Counted from the stretch's first letter, positions 1 to 12,125 are shown. The stretch is DNA of 43,319 bases from Octopus bimaculoides (GCF_001194135.2 NC_068999.1:14884121-14927439), one strand, 5' to 3'. Notes: generated by a model not told the origin, from the sequence alone. Numbers and translations: made by a program.

Positions 1-269
1 ATATTTACTTTACTTTATATTATACTCATTTATTGTGCTTTTAATTATTAATTTTTCTATATGTGATAGTGGATTTTCATCGATGAGTTCTTGAAAATTG
101 GTTATTTTCCCTAAAACTATATATATTTTATATATACTTTATCTATAAGGCTCAATTTAATTTTTTATAAATTGATTTTAATTGAGTTTTTTTACCTGTA
201 ATTTTGGATTTTGTCCCTAATAATATTATTATATATATATATATATATAATTTCAAGAAGTCTTTTCTT

Positions 270-940
270 CATTGCGATGTTTCATTTCATAATTCCTATG
301 ACTCCTATGATCAACGTGGCCTTTGTCACTGCATTCAGACGCCATCGCTCTAATCAATATGGTAATGAAGATTATCATCCCTATAACCGTCATCGTCTTT
401 GTCATCATAATAACCATCATCAATGGGAGCAGCAACAGCATTCTCGGCATTATCTATCTCCTCTTGGTCATCACCATCGTCCATTGTCGCCATCACCATC
501 ACAATCGTTAACACCGCGAACAACACAACAATACACAAAATCAACCACAACAAACTTTTTGTTATCATCATTGTCATTACTTTCATTGTCAATATCACCA
601 TTCACATCTCAATCCTGTCTTGAGCGTCCTTCTTCTTGTCATCAACTTACGCATACTTCATCATCAACACAAACGATCGTTTCTTTATATCCCAAATCAT
701 TATCATCACTGACATCACCATCTCATGTTCATCGTTGTCATATTCGCCATCTTCGTTAATTCCATGGTAATCATTGACTCGATTTTGTCGTCATTCACGT
801 CGATACAAATGTTCATCTTTGATACAAAATTATCTACACCATCACCATCACCACAGTCATATTTGCTGATGTAGCTCGTCGCTATTATCATCACCAGTAT
901 CATTATCACCTCAATCATCACGGCATCTACCATTATCAAC
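270..940. repeat. Degenerate (CAT/ATC)n-derived low-complexity region
   Basis: Dense catcat/atcacc/tcgtc triplet motifs; the overlapping ORFs in all frames are I/H/S/M/D-rich, as expected from a decayed trinucleotide array. Confidence 0.8.
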
Positions 941-1321
941 TACTTCAGGTGGTGAAGCAGCTGTTAGAATCTCTTCAAATAAATATCTCAATCCGTTCAA
1001 GAAAGGGAAATGCCATCAGCAAAATTATTACAATGTGTATAATGCTGTGGATTATTAATAAACTATGATATAATGATTATGATAGGGAAGATAATGAAAA
1101 GATGGAACTGTCGTAAGAAACATAAAGATTAATAAGCTAATAAATGGAAAGCCATCAAAATAGCAGTTGATAGCATAAAATTCGGTTTCCGTTCATATTA
1201 AAGATCCTATGTAAATAACAAAAAAATAAATGGCTTACTGAATCAATGAAAGCTCTCTTTGTGATAGCGCACACATATGTGATAATATGCGTGTATTCAT
1301 ATAATTTGTATGCATTATATT

Positions 1322-1323
1322 GC

Positions 1324-1355
<32 letters not shown>

Positions 1356-1360
1356 ATGTG

Positions 1361-1391
<31 letters not shown>

Positions 1392-1411
1392 GTGTGTATG
1401 TGTGTGTGTGC
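1322..1411. repeat. Compound (TA)n-(TG)n microsatellite
   Basis: Directly visible tatata run followed by an interrupted tgtgtg run. Confidence 0.95.
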
Positions 1412-2460
1412 GACTACAGTGATGATTCAAATAACTAGCATATCGTATTTCCACCTCTGTGAAGAGACTAAGCTCAAATGCATTATTGTGATATATTTCC
1501 AATTTCACTGTAGTTAATTGAAATTAGGGGTAACAAAAACAGGACAATGAAAACAAACAAGAAGGGTTGCTAACCATAAACGAGGTTGTGGTAACGAACG
1601 CGTAAATCAAGCTAGGACAGTAGACAAACAAAAACACGGCTTCCTTGTTCCAGCTACAAAGGAGAGAAAGAAAGAAATATGGCCGATGGTCACGTGAGAG
1701 CCACCTGAGCAAGGGAGGAGCACAGGAGAGAAGTGACAAAGTAATAGAATAGAATAGTGGGAGAAAAGGATGTAAAAGAATAAGAGAGAGAAAAGAGAGA
1801 AAAACGAAAGAGTAAACAGATCGTATAGAGTGCGCATCAGAATTATTAAGATAAAGCTTACTTGGAAGAGGATGCGTGTCGATCAATCATTTAATAATAT
1901 AATATANNNNNNNNNNNNNNNNNNNNNNNNNNNNNNNNNNNNNNNNNNNNNNNNNNNNNNNNNNNNNNNNNNNNNNNNNNNNNNNNNNNNNNNNNNNNNN
2001 NNNNNNNNNNNNNNNNNNNNNNNNNNNNNNNNNNNNNNNNNNNNNNNNNNNNNNNNNNNNNNNNNNNNNNNNNNNNNNNNNNNNNNNNNNNNNNNNNNNN
2101 NNNNNNNNNNNNNNNNNNNNNNNNNNNNNNNNNNNNNNNNNNNNNNNNNNNNNNNNNNNNNNNNNNNNNNNNNNNNNNNNNNNNNNNNNNNNNNNNNNNN
2201 NNNNNNNNNNNNNNNNNNNNNNNNNNNNNNNNNNNNNNNNNNNNNNNNNNNNNNNNNNNNNNNNNNNNNNNNNNNNNNNNNNNNNNNNNNNNNNNNNNNN
2301 NNNNNNNNNNNNNNNNNNNNNNNNNNNNNNNNNNNNNNNNNNNNNNNNNNNNNNTATATATATATATATATATATATCAAAATACATTACGCAGGGTAAA
2401 ATCTGAACAATTCAAAGTGGCTAGAACGTGCGATTAAAAGAATTTATTATAAAAGAAATG

Positions 2461-3038
2461 ATTGTGAATAATTAACAATCTTAACGCAGAGGGTTGTAAA
2501 AACCTATACATTTCTAGAAATAGCAGTCAAACCGGCTATAAAGCCACTATAACCACTTGTATCTGTTCAGAATAAAATATGTCGGCGGGCAACATGTCTT
2601 GTAATTAAAGTTCTCAATCTAAATAAAATGTCGATGTTTTTCGCCGTTGCTTGTTTTACTGGTCGTTTCTTGTACACGCTATGCATGATGTTGGAATTCA
2701 GAATTTCGATCTGTAGATAGAGATTAACTCATTATTACTGACGGTCGGGATACATTTTAAACCCCAAGCTATGATTTTGGGGTTAATTTCTATCTAGAAG
2801 TATGTTCTCGGGACAACAATAGTGGATTCTTTTTGTTTCCTAACTTCGAGATTGCAAAAGAAGACTAGCCTGCTATTTTCATTGAGCTTTTGAATTTTAT
2901 ATCGACCGCCGACTGCTTTTATTGCGAAGAGATATAATATGAATGATTATAGTGGCTTTATAGCGGTTTTGCCTGCTATTTCTAGACATGTAAGGGTTTT
3001 TACAACCCTCTACATTATAATTGTGATTTATTCACAAT
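2461..3038. mobile_element. Unclassified MITE-like element with ~95-bp terminal inverted repeats
   Basis: 2461-2555 (attgtgaataattaac...gagggttgtaaaaacctatacatttctagaaatagcagtcaaaccggctataaagccactataacca) matches the reverse complement of 2944-3038 (tgattatagtggctttatagcggttttgcctgctatttctagacatgtaagggtttttacaaccctc...ttattcacaat). The interior is non-coding and no TSD was resolved. Confidence 0.75.
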
Positions 3039-3054
3039 TATGCACTCTTTTTTA

Positions 3055-3095
3055 TATGTGTGTGTGTGTATCTACACAAACACACAGATGTATAC

Positions 3096-3138
<43 letters not shown>

Positions 3139-3156
3139 TATGTGTGTGTATGTGTG
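3055..3156. repeat. Compound (TG)n/(TA)n microsatellite
   Basis: Directly visible. Confidence 0.95.
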
Positions 3157-4140
3157 AGTATAGCATACATACACATAGTCATGCATATGCACCTACAGCT
3201 AATTAGATAGATTGGTAGATATATGGCTGAGGGCATATAAGATATACAGATATATCTATGTCTGCGCTCATCACCGATCATGCTTGCAGGTATTTGGAAA
3301 AGAAAGACATTTTTTCCTCTTTCATACTGCTAAGAAGCCACTGAATTTTTACTTCCAGCTTGAGTAGTAATCTTTTGAAACATATACAATGACACTCGAA
3401 ATTTTACACACTAAGTAACAAATATTTCTCTAATCTTTGGCTTCCGCTTGCATTTGTCTTAATTTAATGTAGGTGCACTACACACGGCTTTTAGCACCTA
3501 CACCATTCACCTCAATAATGCAAAAGGTGAAGTACAGTATAAATTATAAAAACATCAACCTCTTATATTCTACTGCTAATTCAGTAAAGACATGGATGAT
3601 CCGGCGCCATATCTACTAGTTCTTTCTCGTGTCACATATATTCGTATAAACCAGCTAAAGATCTAACTGAAAATGTGATACATGTATGGCGTTACGATTT
3701 TAGGCGCCCAAGAATGTATTATTGCTAAGCTGAGACTGTTGCTAATGTAAGAAGAAATGGAATGGTNNNNNNNNNNNNNNNNNNNNNNNNNNNNNNNNNN
3801 NNNNNNNNNNNNNNNNNNNNNNNNNNNNNNNNNNNNNNNNNNNNNNNNNNNNNNNNNNNNNNNNNNNNNNNNNNNNNNNNNNNNNNNNNNNNNNNNNNNN
3901 NNNNNNNNNNNNNNNNNNNNNNNNNNNNNNNNNNNNNNNNNNNNNNNNNNNNNNNNNNNNNNNNNNNNNNNNNNNNNNNNNNNNNNNNNNNNNNNNNNNN
4001 NNNNNNNNNNNNNNNNNNNNNNNNNNNNNNNNNNNNNNNNNNNNNNNNNNNNNNNNNNNNNNNNNNNNNNNNNNNNNNNNNNNNNNNNNNNNNNNNNNNN
4101 NNNNNNNNNNNNNNNNNNNNNNNNNNNNNNNNNNNNNNNN

Positions 4141-4628
4141 GAAATGGAACATGCTTCGGTAAAGGTGGTAATTTGATGCTGCAAGGCTTGCACAGTTGGC
4201 AGAGAGAAGCAGCACTTCAGTCCCTTCAAGTTCGTCAAGTTTGCGCTTACTTACGTTGGCAGCGGTCTTTGCGTGGGAGTGCGGTCTTCCACATCTGTGT
4301 ACCCTCCACAAGCGACGGTCTGCTTAATTGGTTTGTCTTCCTTGAAAAGCCTAATCTAATTTTGTGCGTCACGTTCGTTGAGAGTCCCCTGAGCCTTCCA
4401 CAGCATTAATTTCTTTCGCCGCTGCCTTTGCAGTCAATCCTTTTCTGCAAAGGGAATATAAATTGAACCTAATGGCCATGTTTTCACCGCTCATTATCAA
4501 GGTTGTAAAATAAATATTAAACAATTAATGTCAATGTATTATTATATGAAATTAAATAAGAAACAATTCAGCAACATGTATCAAATTACTGATTCCACAC
4601 GGTGATACAGTTTTTGGACAATCAACTG
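4141..4628 (-). mobile_element. Internally deleted mariner transposon relic (5' end plus part of the catalytic domain)
   Basis: The minus strand from ATG 4494 reads MSGENMAIRFNLYSLCRKGLTAKAAAKEINAVEG / TLNERDAQN*IRLFKED (mariner N-terminal HTH region). It then jumps to GRPHSHAKT...KLDELEGTEVLL...SLAASNYHLYRSMFHF, which matches the ARPH...EVLPHPPYSPDLAPSDYHLFRSM block. It has frameshifts and stops and runs into the N-gap. Confidence 0.8.
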
Positions 4629-4662
4629 TGAAAATCAGAAAAGGAGCATTCGACATTACTTC

Positions 4663-4900
4663 ATATATATATATGTATGTTTAAACACACGTGCACATAC
4701 ACACACACGCACGCTCACACACAAATACACGCACACATGCACACGCATATACACCCACACATATGTATTTACATACACATATAAACTATATGTGTGTGTG
4801 TGTGTTTGTGCGTTTCAGTGTTTGTGTCTACATGCATGTGTGTGTATATGTGTGTATGACTGTGTGTTTGTATGTGTTGCGTATGTGTAGTGAATGTTTA
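4663..4900. repeat. Cryptic (CA)n/(TG)n/(TA)n compound microsatellite
   Basis: Directly visible alternating purine-pyrimidine tract. Confidence 0.9.
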
Positions 4901-6044
4901 TGAGTATATGATACCTTGTCTGTCAAGTTTCACCATAAACTAACCACTGCAAAGAACTAAGTGATGGTTACGAATACAGATTAAAGAAGGGAGAGGAAAA
5001 AGATAATTGGCAAATAAAATGTGTTCAATTACATGCTCATCTATTTCTGATCAACTAGACGTGGTCTGACTACACAGTAATTCTATAAACTTCACAGTCT
5101 GATTGTAGATAGAGGCAGTAAACCGCAAACGCTCTCACATATAAGGGAAAAATCTGTACGCCTTAAAGAACAGATGCGAAGCTATTTTCTTGTCGTTAAC
5201 GTGCAGAATACTTCAGGGAAGACAAAACAATCTAATTGTTCACAAGTTAGTACGCTGAAGGTAATTTACTTCTGGTTAAACAACATAATATCGTGTTTCA
5301 TTGATCAACTGACCTCGACATTATCACTGTCGTTGTTCATATTTGCTATGTTTCAGGACAATAAATGGATATTGTATAGAATTCGAAGCTTCAGTAGTAA
5401 CATCGGTTTGAATTTATTTTTTTCCGCTTTTTGTAGCATGTTAATATCAATGACAGCGACCGAGAGATGCGGCTGTTGACAGCCAATGACATCGATCTTC
5501 TTGGTTCAATCAGAAGATCAGTTACGATGTAGTGAATTCATTCTTTATAAATTAAAAGTTATGATATGATGTGTACACCTACGTTCCATCAATGAAGTTT
5601 GGTTTTTGGAGCCCGGGGTAAATTCCGATCTTGAAATTATCTTCTTTGTCATTGGTTTTGATGTATACTATATGAATTATTTTTCTGAATATAATGTAAT
5701 GTAGTCATGCAAGTTTCAGTTTTATATTCCTTTCCCAACTGAATTGAATGGGAATCGCACAGTTTTGTATATGGCCACTTTGAACGGAATAATTATTTGG
5801 CAGCGATGCTTGTCAAGTTTAAACCTGCTTCTCATTCTGAATTGATATTTCATAATCATTAGATGCAACTGAAGATCAAGTTTTGTTTTAGGCTCTTGAT
5901 TCGGCAGAGTTTGATAGCATCGAGGGTGTTGGTGTGCTGACATGTTAAGCATTGCTTCACTCCATATATGATTTGAAAGCTGCACAGATGAACATGCATT
6001 ATATTCTAATTCGAGTACATAAGTTTCCCGAATCCGAACAATAC

Positions 6045-6390
6045 TGTTACATCACAACAAAATCAACCAAAAACATTTGCTGAGCAAAAGGCGAAGATGC
6101 AGTTGACCGTAGTACAGTAATGAGAGGTTCGGTGAAGAAATCTCGGGTTGAAAGGAGCTTAACGATTGCATACGGTTAGGTAGGCGTTTAAATGTGGATT
6201 CCAAAGCCGTGCTTCGAGCCCCAAAGGCAAATCGTGCGAGCAGCACTCGGAGAGTATCAGAGCTGCTCGGTGTCTCATGCACGTATGCCAATGTGTGGCA
6301 AAAAACCCGACATTGGTTAACAGACATCGAGCTCTTCTGCTGCAGGACAACGCACGACCTGACGCTCTCTCGAACAACCTAGAATAAACT
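6045..6390 (+). mobile_element. Internally deleted mariner transposase relic
   Basis: STKNIC*AKGEDAVDRSTVMR, then DSKAVLRAPKANRASSTRRVSELLGVS (second HTH), joined to PTLVNRHRALLLQDNARP (equivalent to P.LVNRKG.ILLHDNARPH of mariner transposases). Confidence 0.8.
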
Positions 6391-7749
6391 ATCGGTTTGA
6401 TGGCACACAGTGAATATCTACCTCCCTCATTTTATTGGCTGTCTCGAGCCATGGCTCACTCCCTGTGACGCCTCACCAACCAAGAGTAGGTGGTAACAAT
6501 AAAATGGCGGAAAGGTGGCTTTAAATGTTGCGACACGATTGGCTCCACTTTCAATACTAGGCTGCTTTTGTATGTAAATTTTCCAATAGAGCTAATGAAT
6601 TAAGAAGACATTATAAAACTCTTGACAAAACGGTATTAAACAATATTAAATAATATTTATCATTTTTTCAGAAGAGTGGTATGGGTCGCAGCTATGTGGT
6701 GAATTATTTTTTGAGGGAAACGTTCGATATTTAGTTTGTTTTAAGAATTCCAATGTTTTACAAACGCCGGTAAATTTCAAAGAGCCTTTTGTATAATCAT
6801 TTTCAGAGATACGTTGAAACATATGCCATAGATCAACGAAGAAGGGAAACGGTTTATCAGATTTACCCCATACTACATACTTTAGCACATCAGCATATAT
6901 TGGTGGATATTGCGTCATATGTTGAACAAATGACTGGATTGTTAAACAAAACAAATATACATATATTTTATCTATTTTATAGAATATTAAATCATGTCGT
7001 AACTTTCAAAACATTGTATGTTATTGCTTTTTTCCATTTCATCTCTGAATAAGGAAGTATTTGAACAATGACAGGTTGTTGTTTTTTAGTATAACTCAGC
7101 CTTGTCTCTGGACTAACGATCACAGGCAGTATTCTCTAATCTCAAGTAAGAGCTCTCTCTGAAGACATAAGATCAATAGAACGTTGTTATTGTAGTTTAG
7201 TCCCGAGTCAATTCAGAAGCAGAAGCAGAATGACGTTCTTCTTTAGTGTCATGCGACTTCCATCTGAAGAGACTTATGATCAAAGACGTTAACTGGACCA
7301 AAATTGCGTTCGTGAGTAACATCAATTAAGTTAGATAATATTATAGATCTAAATTCGCTGTACTTCAATATAATAGGAAAATAATTCTATTCAGTACATT
7401 TGTAACCTTTTCTTAAAGATAGTTTATTTTCTTTGAGAAATATAACATTAAGTTCCATTTGTTTCATTTTGTATTTTCTTATTTTCTGTTATTAAATAAA
7501 ATTTTGAAAATAATTTATTATTTGTCTTTCATTTCTTTTCTATTTCTTGCCAATTGTCTTCCCGACACGTAGAGCAAAGTAGCTCCCTATATATATTGAT
7601 ATACCATTAAAATTAACACACCAGATTTACAACATTAAATTATGAGAAAGAAAAAAAGGGAAACAAAAAAGGAAAAAAAGAAAAGAAAGCATGACAAAAG
7701 AGACAAAAAATTAAAAAAAGTAAAAATTGAACACGGGCTGTAATCGTTC

Positions 7750-8800
7750 TTACAGTGGCAATGCGCTTCTCAGTATTTGTGACGTGACATACTAGTTAAA
7801 ACACTCTTTTGCATTTCTTGCATGAATGGTAAGCCAGAGATTATTCTTAAATAATTTACGGTTCCATTGTTGACCATTTCAAATGCTCCTACAGCCATTG
7901 GCACTGTAATCGCCATGGGATACCACATTTTTTTTTTCAGCTTCAATGATCAAATCTTTATATTTTCTTAGCTTGTCAAATACTTTTGCCAATATGTTAT
8001 GATCATAATGAATATCCATGTCAACTAATAAACAAACTTTAGTCTTTTGGCATCTTGACAACAACATCCGGTTTATAAAGTTTGGTCGTTCTGTCTGTAG
8101 GTGCTGAAAAATCCCTAAGAGTTGTTACACTTTCTAACTCCGCGTACAATTTTTCAGCGGTGATGATATTATAACGCTGACATATTAACCACTCTGCTAT
8201 GTCTCATCGAGCAGAATCGGCAATTTGAATCATCTCTACTTTTCATTACATTGGTTTGGTAGTTCCTGACCAAGATAAGATGGAGCGAAGGCTTCATCTT
8301 ATCTTGATAAGACCAATTATGATGGTGTTGTCGGGATTTCAAATTATATGAAGCTCTAAACTTATTGTGCTCTGGGAAGGTAAAGACAATGCGCGCAGGC
8401 CTTTGGTGTGTGCATCTAAATACATGTCAGCAGCTTCCGAATTATCGTGTCAATGTTCATGAATTCACTTATATTCCAGTTCAACACATTAAAGCTTTAA
8501 ATAACAACTGTTAAATAATTTATGACTAAAACCTTGCTCTATGCATTTAGATCAGACTTCACGACTACTCGAGCAATCTTCTACCATTAGTTCATGATAG
8601 TCTCTTTTATGCTTGTTTGCTGAATGTCACAGCCTTAATTTATCCCTATTATAGTTTATCAACATCTAACACGACCGTGTGTGAGGTCTTCAATTTCCCT
8701 TTCCGGAAAGTGGCATTGACACATCTATGAAGACCAACATCCACCCAGATGCCATCACCTGCCCGCCTTCCAGACAGAGTAAACAAAACGCCGTAAAAAA
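7750..8800 (-). mobile_element. R4/Dong-type non-LTR retrotransposon relic (RT C-terminus, zinc-knuckle remnant, restriction-like endonuclease)
   Basis: Ordered minus-strand blocks: GLHRCVNATFRKGKLKTSHTVVLDVD; SFNVLNWNISEFMNIDTIIRKLLTCI*MHTPKA..LYLPRAQ; RNYQTNVMKSRDDSNCRFC; WLICQRYNI; RDFSAPTDRTTKLYKPDVVVK; CLLVDMDIHYDHNILAKVFDKLRKYKDLIIE; MW..AITVPMAVGAFEMVNNGTVNYLRIISGLPFMQEMQKSVLT. This is the order expected for an R4-clade ORF. Many stops, frameshifts and internal deletions. Confidence 0.85.
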
Positions 8801-9799
8801 TATGCAACTTTATCATGCCCTTCCGGGACTCATTCTGTACCAGGTCTGAACACTCATTCATTGTAGGTCTTAAAGTTTGAGATTAGATTCCACACAAACT
8901 ACACAGGGATGTTTCTGCTTTCTTATTGAATTAAGGTGAGGAAATATGTTAGCTCAGAAGGAGTGAGCAGAAATTTACATATACTATATATGAAGTTCTG
9001 TTCACTATAAGTTCTATTAAAAATACCACTTGGTAGATAACGAAATATTTTATGTCTTAGATATGATACAGCGGGTTACCAAATTGGCTGGAATTTAGGT
9101 CAAACACAATAAGGAAATGTACCTAGAAGTCTAACCATCAAGGACGCATCTAAACAAAAAATCTTCTGAAAGAAAGACAGAAACAAATTGGCAGAAGTAG
9201 CTTCCTCCATAGATGCAATCTCCACAATGCGATAGACAGATTTTCCAAGTAGGCAATTTATAGGGTGTTAATCTCGGGGGGGGGGGCGCTCAATCCTGCT
9301 CATTTCACTCTTGTTTTGCTTCTTTGAAAGCTCAATAAAATATTGGACTATTCATGTATATCTGATTTGTCGCCTCACATTGAAATCAGGTTGTCTCTTG
9401 CTTAATTAGAAACAATTTGGGAAGTGAGATGAGAGCAATGGCAAAGCATCAAGCTAAAAACGAAAAAGAACTTTGAATAATTTCTTCGCTATCTTTACTT
9501 TTTAAATTCTATTCAGGCCAACGCCCCTGTGTAAGTAAATATTGTTATCAATATGTAAGGCTGTTCGTAGGCCAAAGAGTTAGAGCGCTGGAAAACTGCT
9601 TTGAAATAACACTTCTGGCTCTGTACATTGTGTGTCCAAATTATTTGAATGTCACCTTTGCCAATAAAGTAAAGCGTCACTTAAGTACATAAACACTACA
9701 TATTTTCTCTTTTCTATATTAAAGAGACTACATTTCAAACATTCTGCTCTACATTTTCATATATAAGGGAGTGTTGATTTTTCTGTGTATGATTTGAAG

Positions 9800-10050
9800 G
9801 AGGATGTGCTTGAGTCATGCCATCAAATAACTCACAGGAATCGATCCATGGCATATAGCTATTGTTCACATCCGAACATGGGCAGCCTGTGGAGCGGTGT
9901 GCCTCTCAATTGGAGGATAGAAAAGGCATGTCAGTAGAGTTCATTATGTGGCCCCGTTCCTTCTGCCAGCCAGCACAGCAGTGCATTATGCGATAAACTG
10001 CGCAAATCTTTCACCAGGTTCAAGAGTCGTACAAGGGTTTCACATTGCAT
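9800..10050 (-). mobile_element. Highly decayed RTE-like LINE 3' fragment
   Basis: The minus strand gives PLYDS*TW (about LLYGSETW), GHIM and HRSTGCP (about R..GRP) in the expected order, but the matches are short. Confidence 0.4.
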
Positions 10051-10153
10051 CAACTATGACTCTTTCAGGGATTGTTCCTAGCAATGGCTAGCTCGTATAC
10101 GAGAAAGCAGCTAATATATATATATATATGCACATATACATAATGACAGTAAT

Positions 10154-11409
10154 AAATATAACAAGGAATTAGTAATACGCATCTCCACGCGCTGACATAG
10201 ACGCCAAATGACGCTAAAATCACATCAAAATCTCTAAAAACACATGTTGTAGTCAAGCAAAGGAAGATAATGAAACTTTTGGTTTGTAACATATAAGATC
10301 TCATTTCGAGCTGAAGGTAAAAAATATACCTGATGCTATCAACAGCGTTGATATTCCGTTCAATAAATGTACAAGTATCTACACACACCAATACTAGCAT
10401 TGCCGTCGCACAGCATTATGTATACACACTTTCATAAATATACAGTAAAAACAGAATGTACATCTTTCTCTTCAACCACGTGTTATATATCAAAATAATG
10501 CTGCTGCGAATGCAACTTTGATCCGGAGTAAAAGTTTCACATATTAATTATGTGATAAAGGATAAAATCATTCAGAATTTTGCCAGGTCACCACGGAAAT
10601 AGAAAACATTATAGATAAATTTCCCCAATATTATATTAATAATTATATACACAATTATAACCAGGGATTGGCAATAACGCGAAATGGCGCTAACACAATC
10701 TCAAAATCTCTAAAAACACAGGTTTTAGTCAAGCAAAAGAAACAATAAATTCCAGCTTCTGGTTAATCGCCTATATGATCTCATTCCAAGCTAAAAGTTA
10801 AGAGATATACTTACTGTCAACATGAGTGTTGATATTCCGTTGTATAAATGTACAAGTATCTACACACGCCTACAGGAACAGCGCCGTCGCACAGTAAACG
10901 TAGCATTTACATCTTTCTCTTCAATCATTTTTACAGGTGTCTTTACATATTTCTGTGCGACCCTACCTGCTCTTGTAAGTATGTGTAGATAATTATACAT
11001 TATAGAACGCAATATCAACACTGATAATAGTAGTTGGTATATATTTTACCTTTAGCTTGAAAATAGATCTTATACGTGAGGTATGTCTAGGTATATGTAG
11101 ATACTTGTGAATTTATACAACGGAATATCGACACTGTTCATAGCAGTGGGTATATTTTTTTTGTTATCTTTAGCTTCAAATGTGATCTTATACACGATTA
11201 ACCAAAAGCTTAATTTATCATCATTTTTTTTTACTCGACTACAACCTGAGTTTTGAGAGTGCTTCAGGTGGATTTAGCGCCATGTGACGTCTATTTCAGT
11301 GTGTGGAGAGGCGTATTGCCAAATCTGTTGTTATAATTATGTATATGATTAATAACATATTATTTGGAAAATTTACCTATAACTTTTCTTTTTTTTCGTG
11401 CTGACCTCC
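10154..11409. repeat. Cluster of four diverged copies of one unclassified ~300-bp unit: two direct, then two inverted
   Basis: The shared core gttgatattccgtt..ataaatgtacaagtatctacacac occurs at ~10328-10386 and ~10828-10867, and as reverse complement at ~10985-11030 and ~11095-11130. Copies: 10154-10475 (+), 10585-10924 (+), 10972-11085 (-, partial), 11090-11409 (-). Confidence 0.85.
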
Positions 11410-11414
11410 TGATA

Positions 11415-12125
11415 AAATGATAAGTTTCGGCCAATGTTGGGCCAGGCCATGTCTAATTTAATAGCACCTCCTGGTAGAGATACAAAATCAGCTCTTGAGC
11501 ACCATTGTCCATTCGAGTACAGAGTTAGTTTTCAGAGACATTTTCGGGTGTGGGTGGTTTGTGTGGTATGTGTTGGAAGTAATCATCTAGGGACCGTTTG
11601 AATGCCGTGATATCACTTTCCTCTTTTATGTAATCTGGCACAATATTGAAGAGAGCAGGTGAAATAGTTCTCTCGTAGTGTCTTGATACGGCACGGATGA
11701 ATTCTAATGTTGATATCTATATAATTTGGGCATTGTTGATGGAATATTTTCCACATCATACAGATGATATGGCGCTCACTAAGGCGTCCAAGGGTGTAAA
11801 TCCTGAGAATGTTTAGTCGATCCCAATAGTCAAGGCTTGTTATATCTTCTTTCTTTTTTTCTTTATTAATCTCTCGGGAGCTTCAATTTTCACAATATTC
11901 TGTATCGTGTGTGTGTGGTTGGGGGGCACACTGGACAACAGTTTTAAAGTTAAGATCGAGAAAAATAGAATTATAGTAGGGGCGTCTCTAGACCGGTTAT
12001 CCTGAGGTTCCAGGAGCACGCCTTGCAAGCCATATCAACTTTGTTGTTTATGTGGTAATTCCATCTTATTTTGTTGTCAACAGTAACACCAAGGTGTTTA
12101 GCAGTTTTGGATACCACGCGGGTTT
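11415..12125 (-). mobile_element. CR1/L2-group LINE 3' fragment
   Basis: Minus strand: KHLGVTVDNKIRWNYHINNKVDMACKACSWNLR; SRDAPTIILFFS; IVKIEAPER; SLDYWDRLNILRIYTL...ERHIICMMWKIFHQQCPN; ALFNIVPDYIKEESDITAFKRSLDDYFQHIPHKPPTP; NSVLEW. This is a typical CR1-group RT C-terminus, followed by a short putative 3' UTR. Confidence 0.85.

Noticed and set aside
211-939. 182-aa ORF and overlapping ORFs rich in I/H/S/M
   Set aside because: These are translations of a decayed (CAT)n tract in several frames, with no domain-like content.
3473-3526. Possible plus-strand exon (tag|GTGCAC...AAAAG|gtgaag) with a short tgtaggtgc/gcacctaca stem
   Set aside because: Moderate splice sites and an unrecognised peptide; expected by chance at this length.
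5722-5990. Faint RTE-like peptide on the minus strand (FKLDK...KVAIYKTV)
   Set aside because: The similarity is too short and scattered to support a call by eye.
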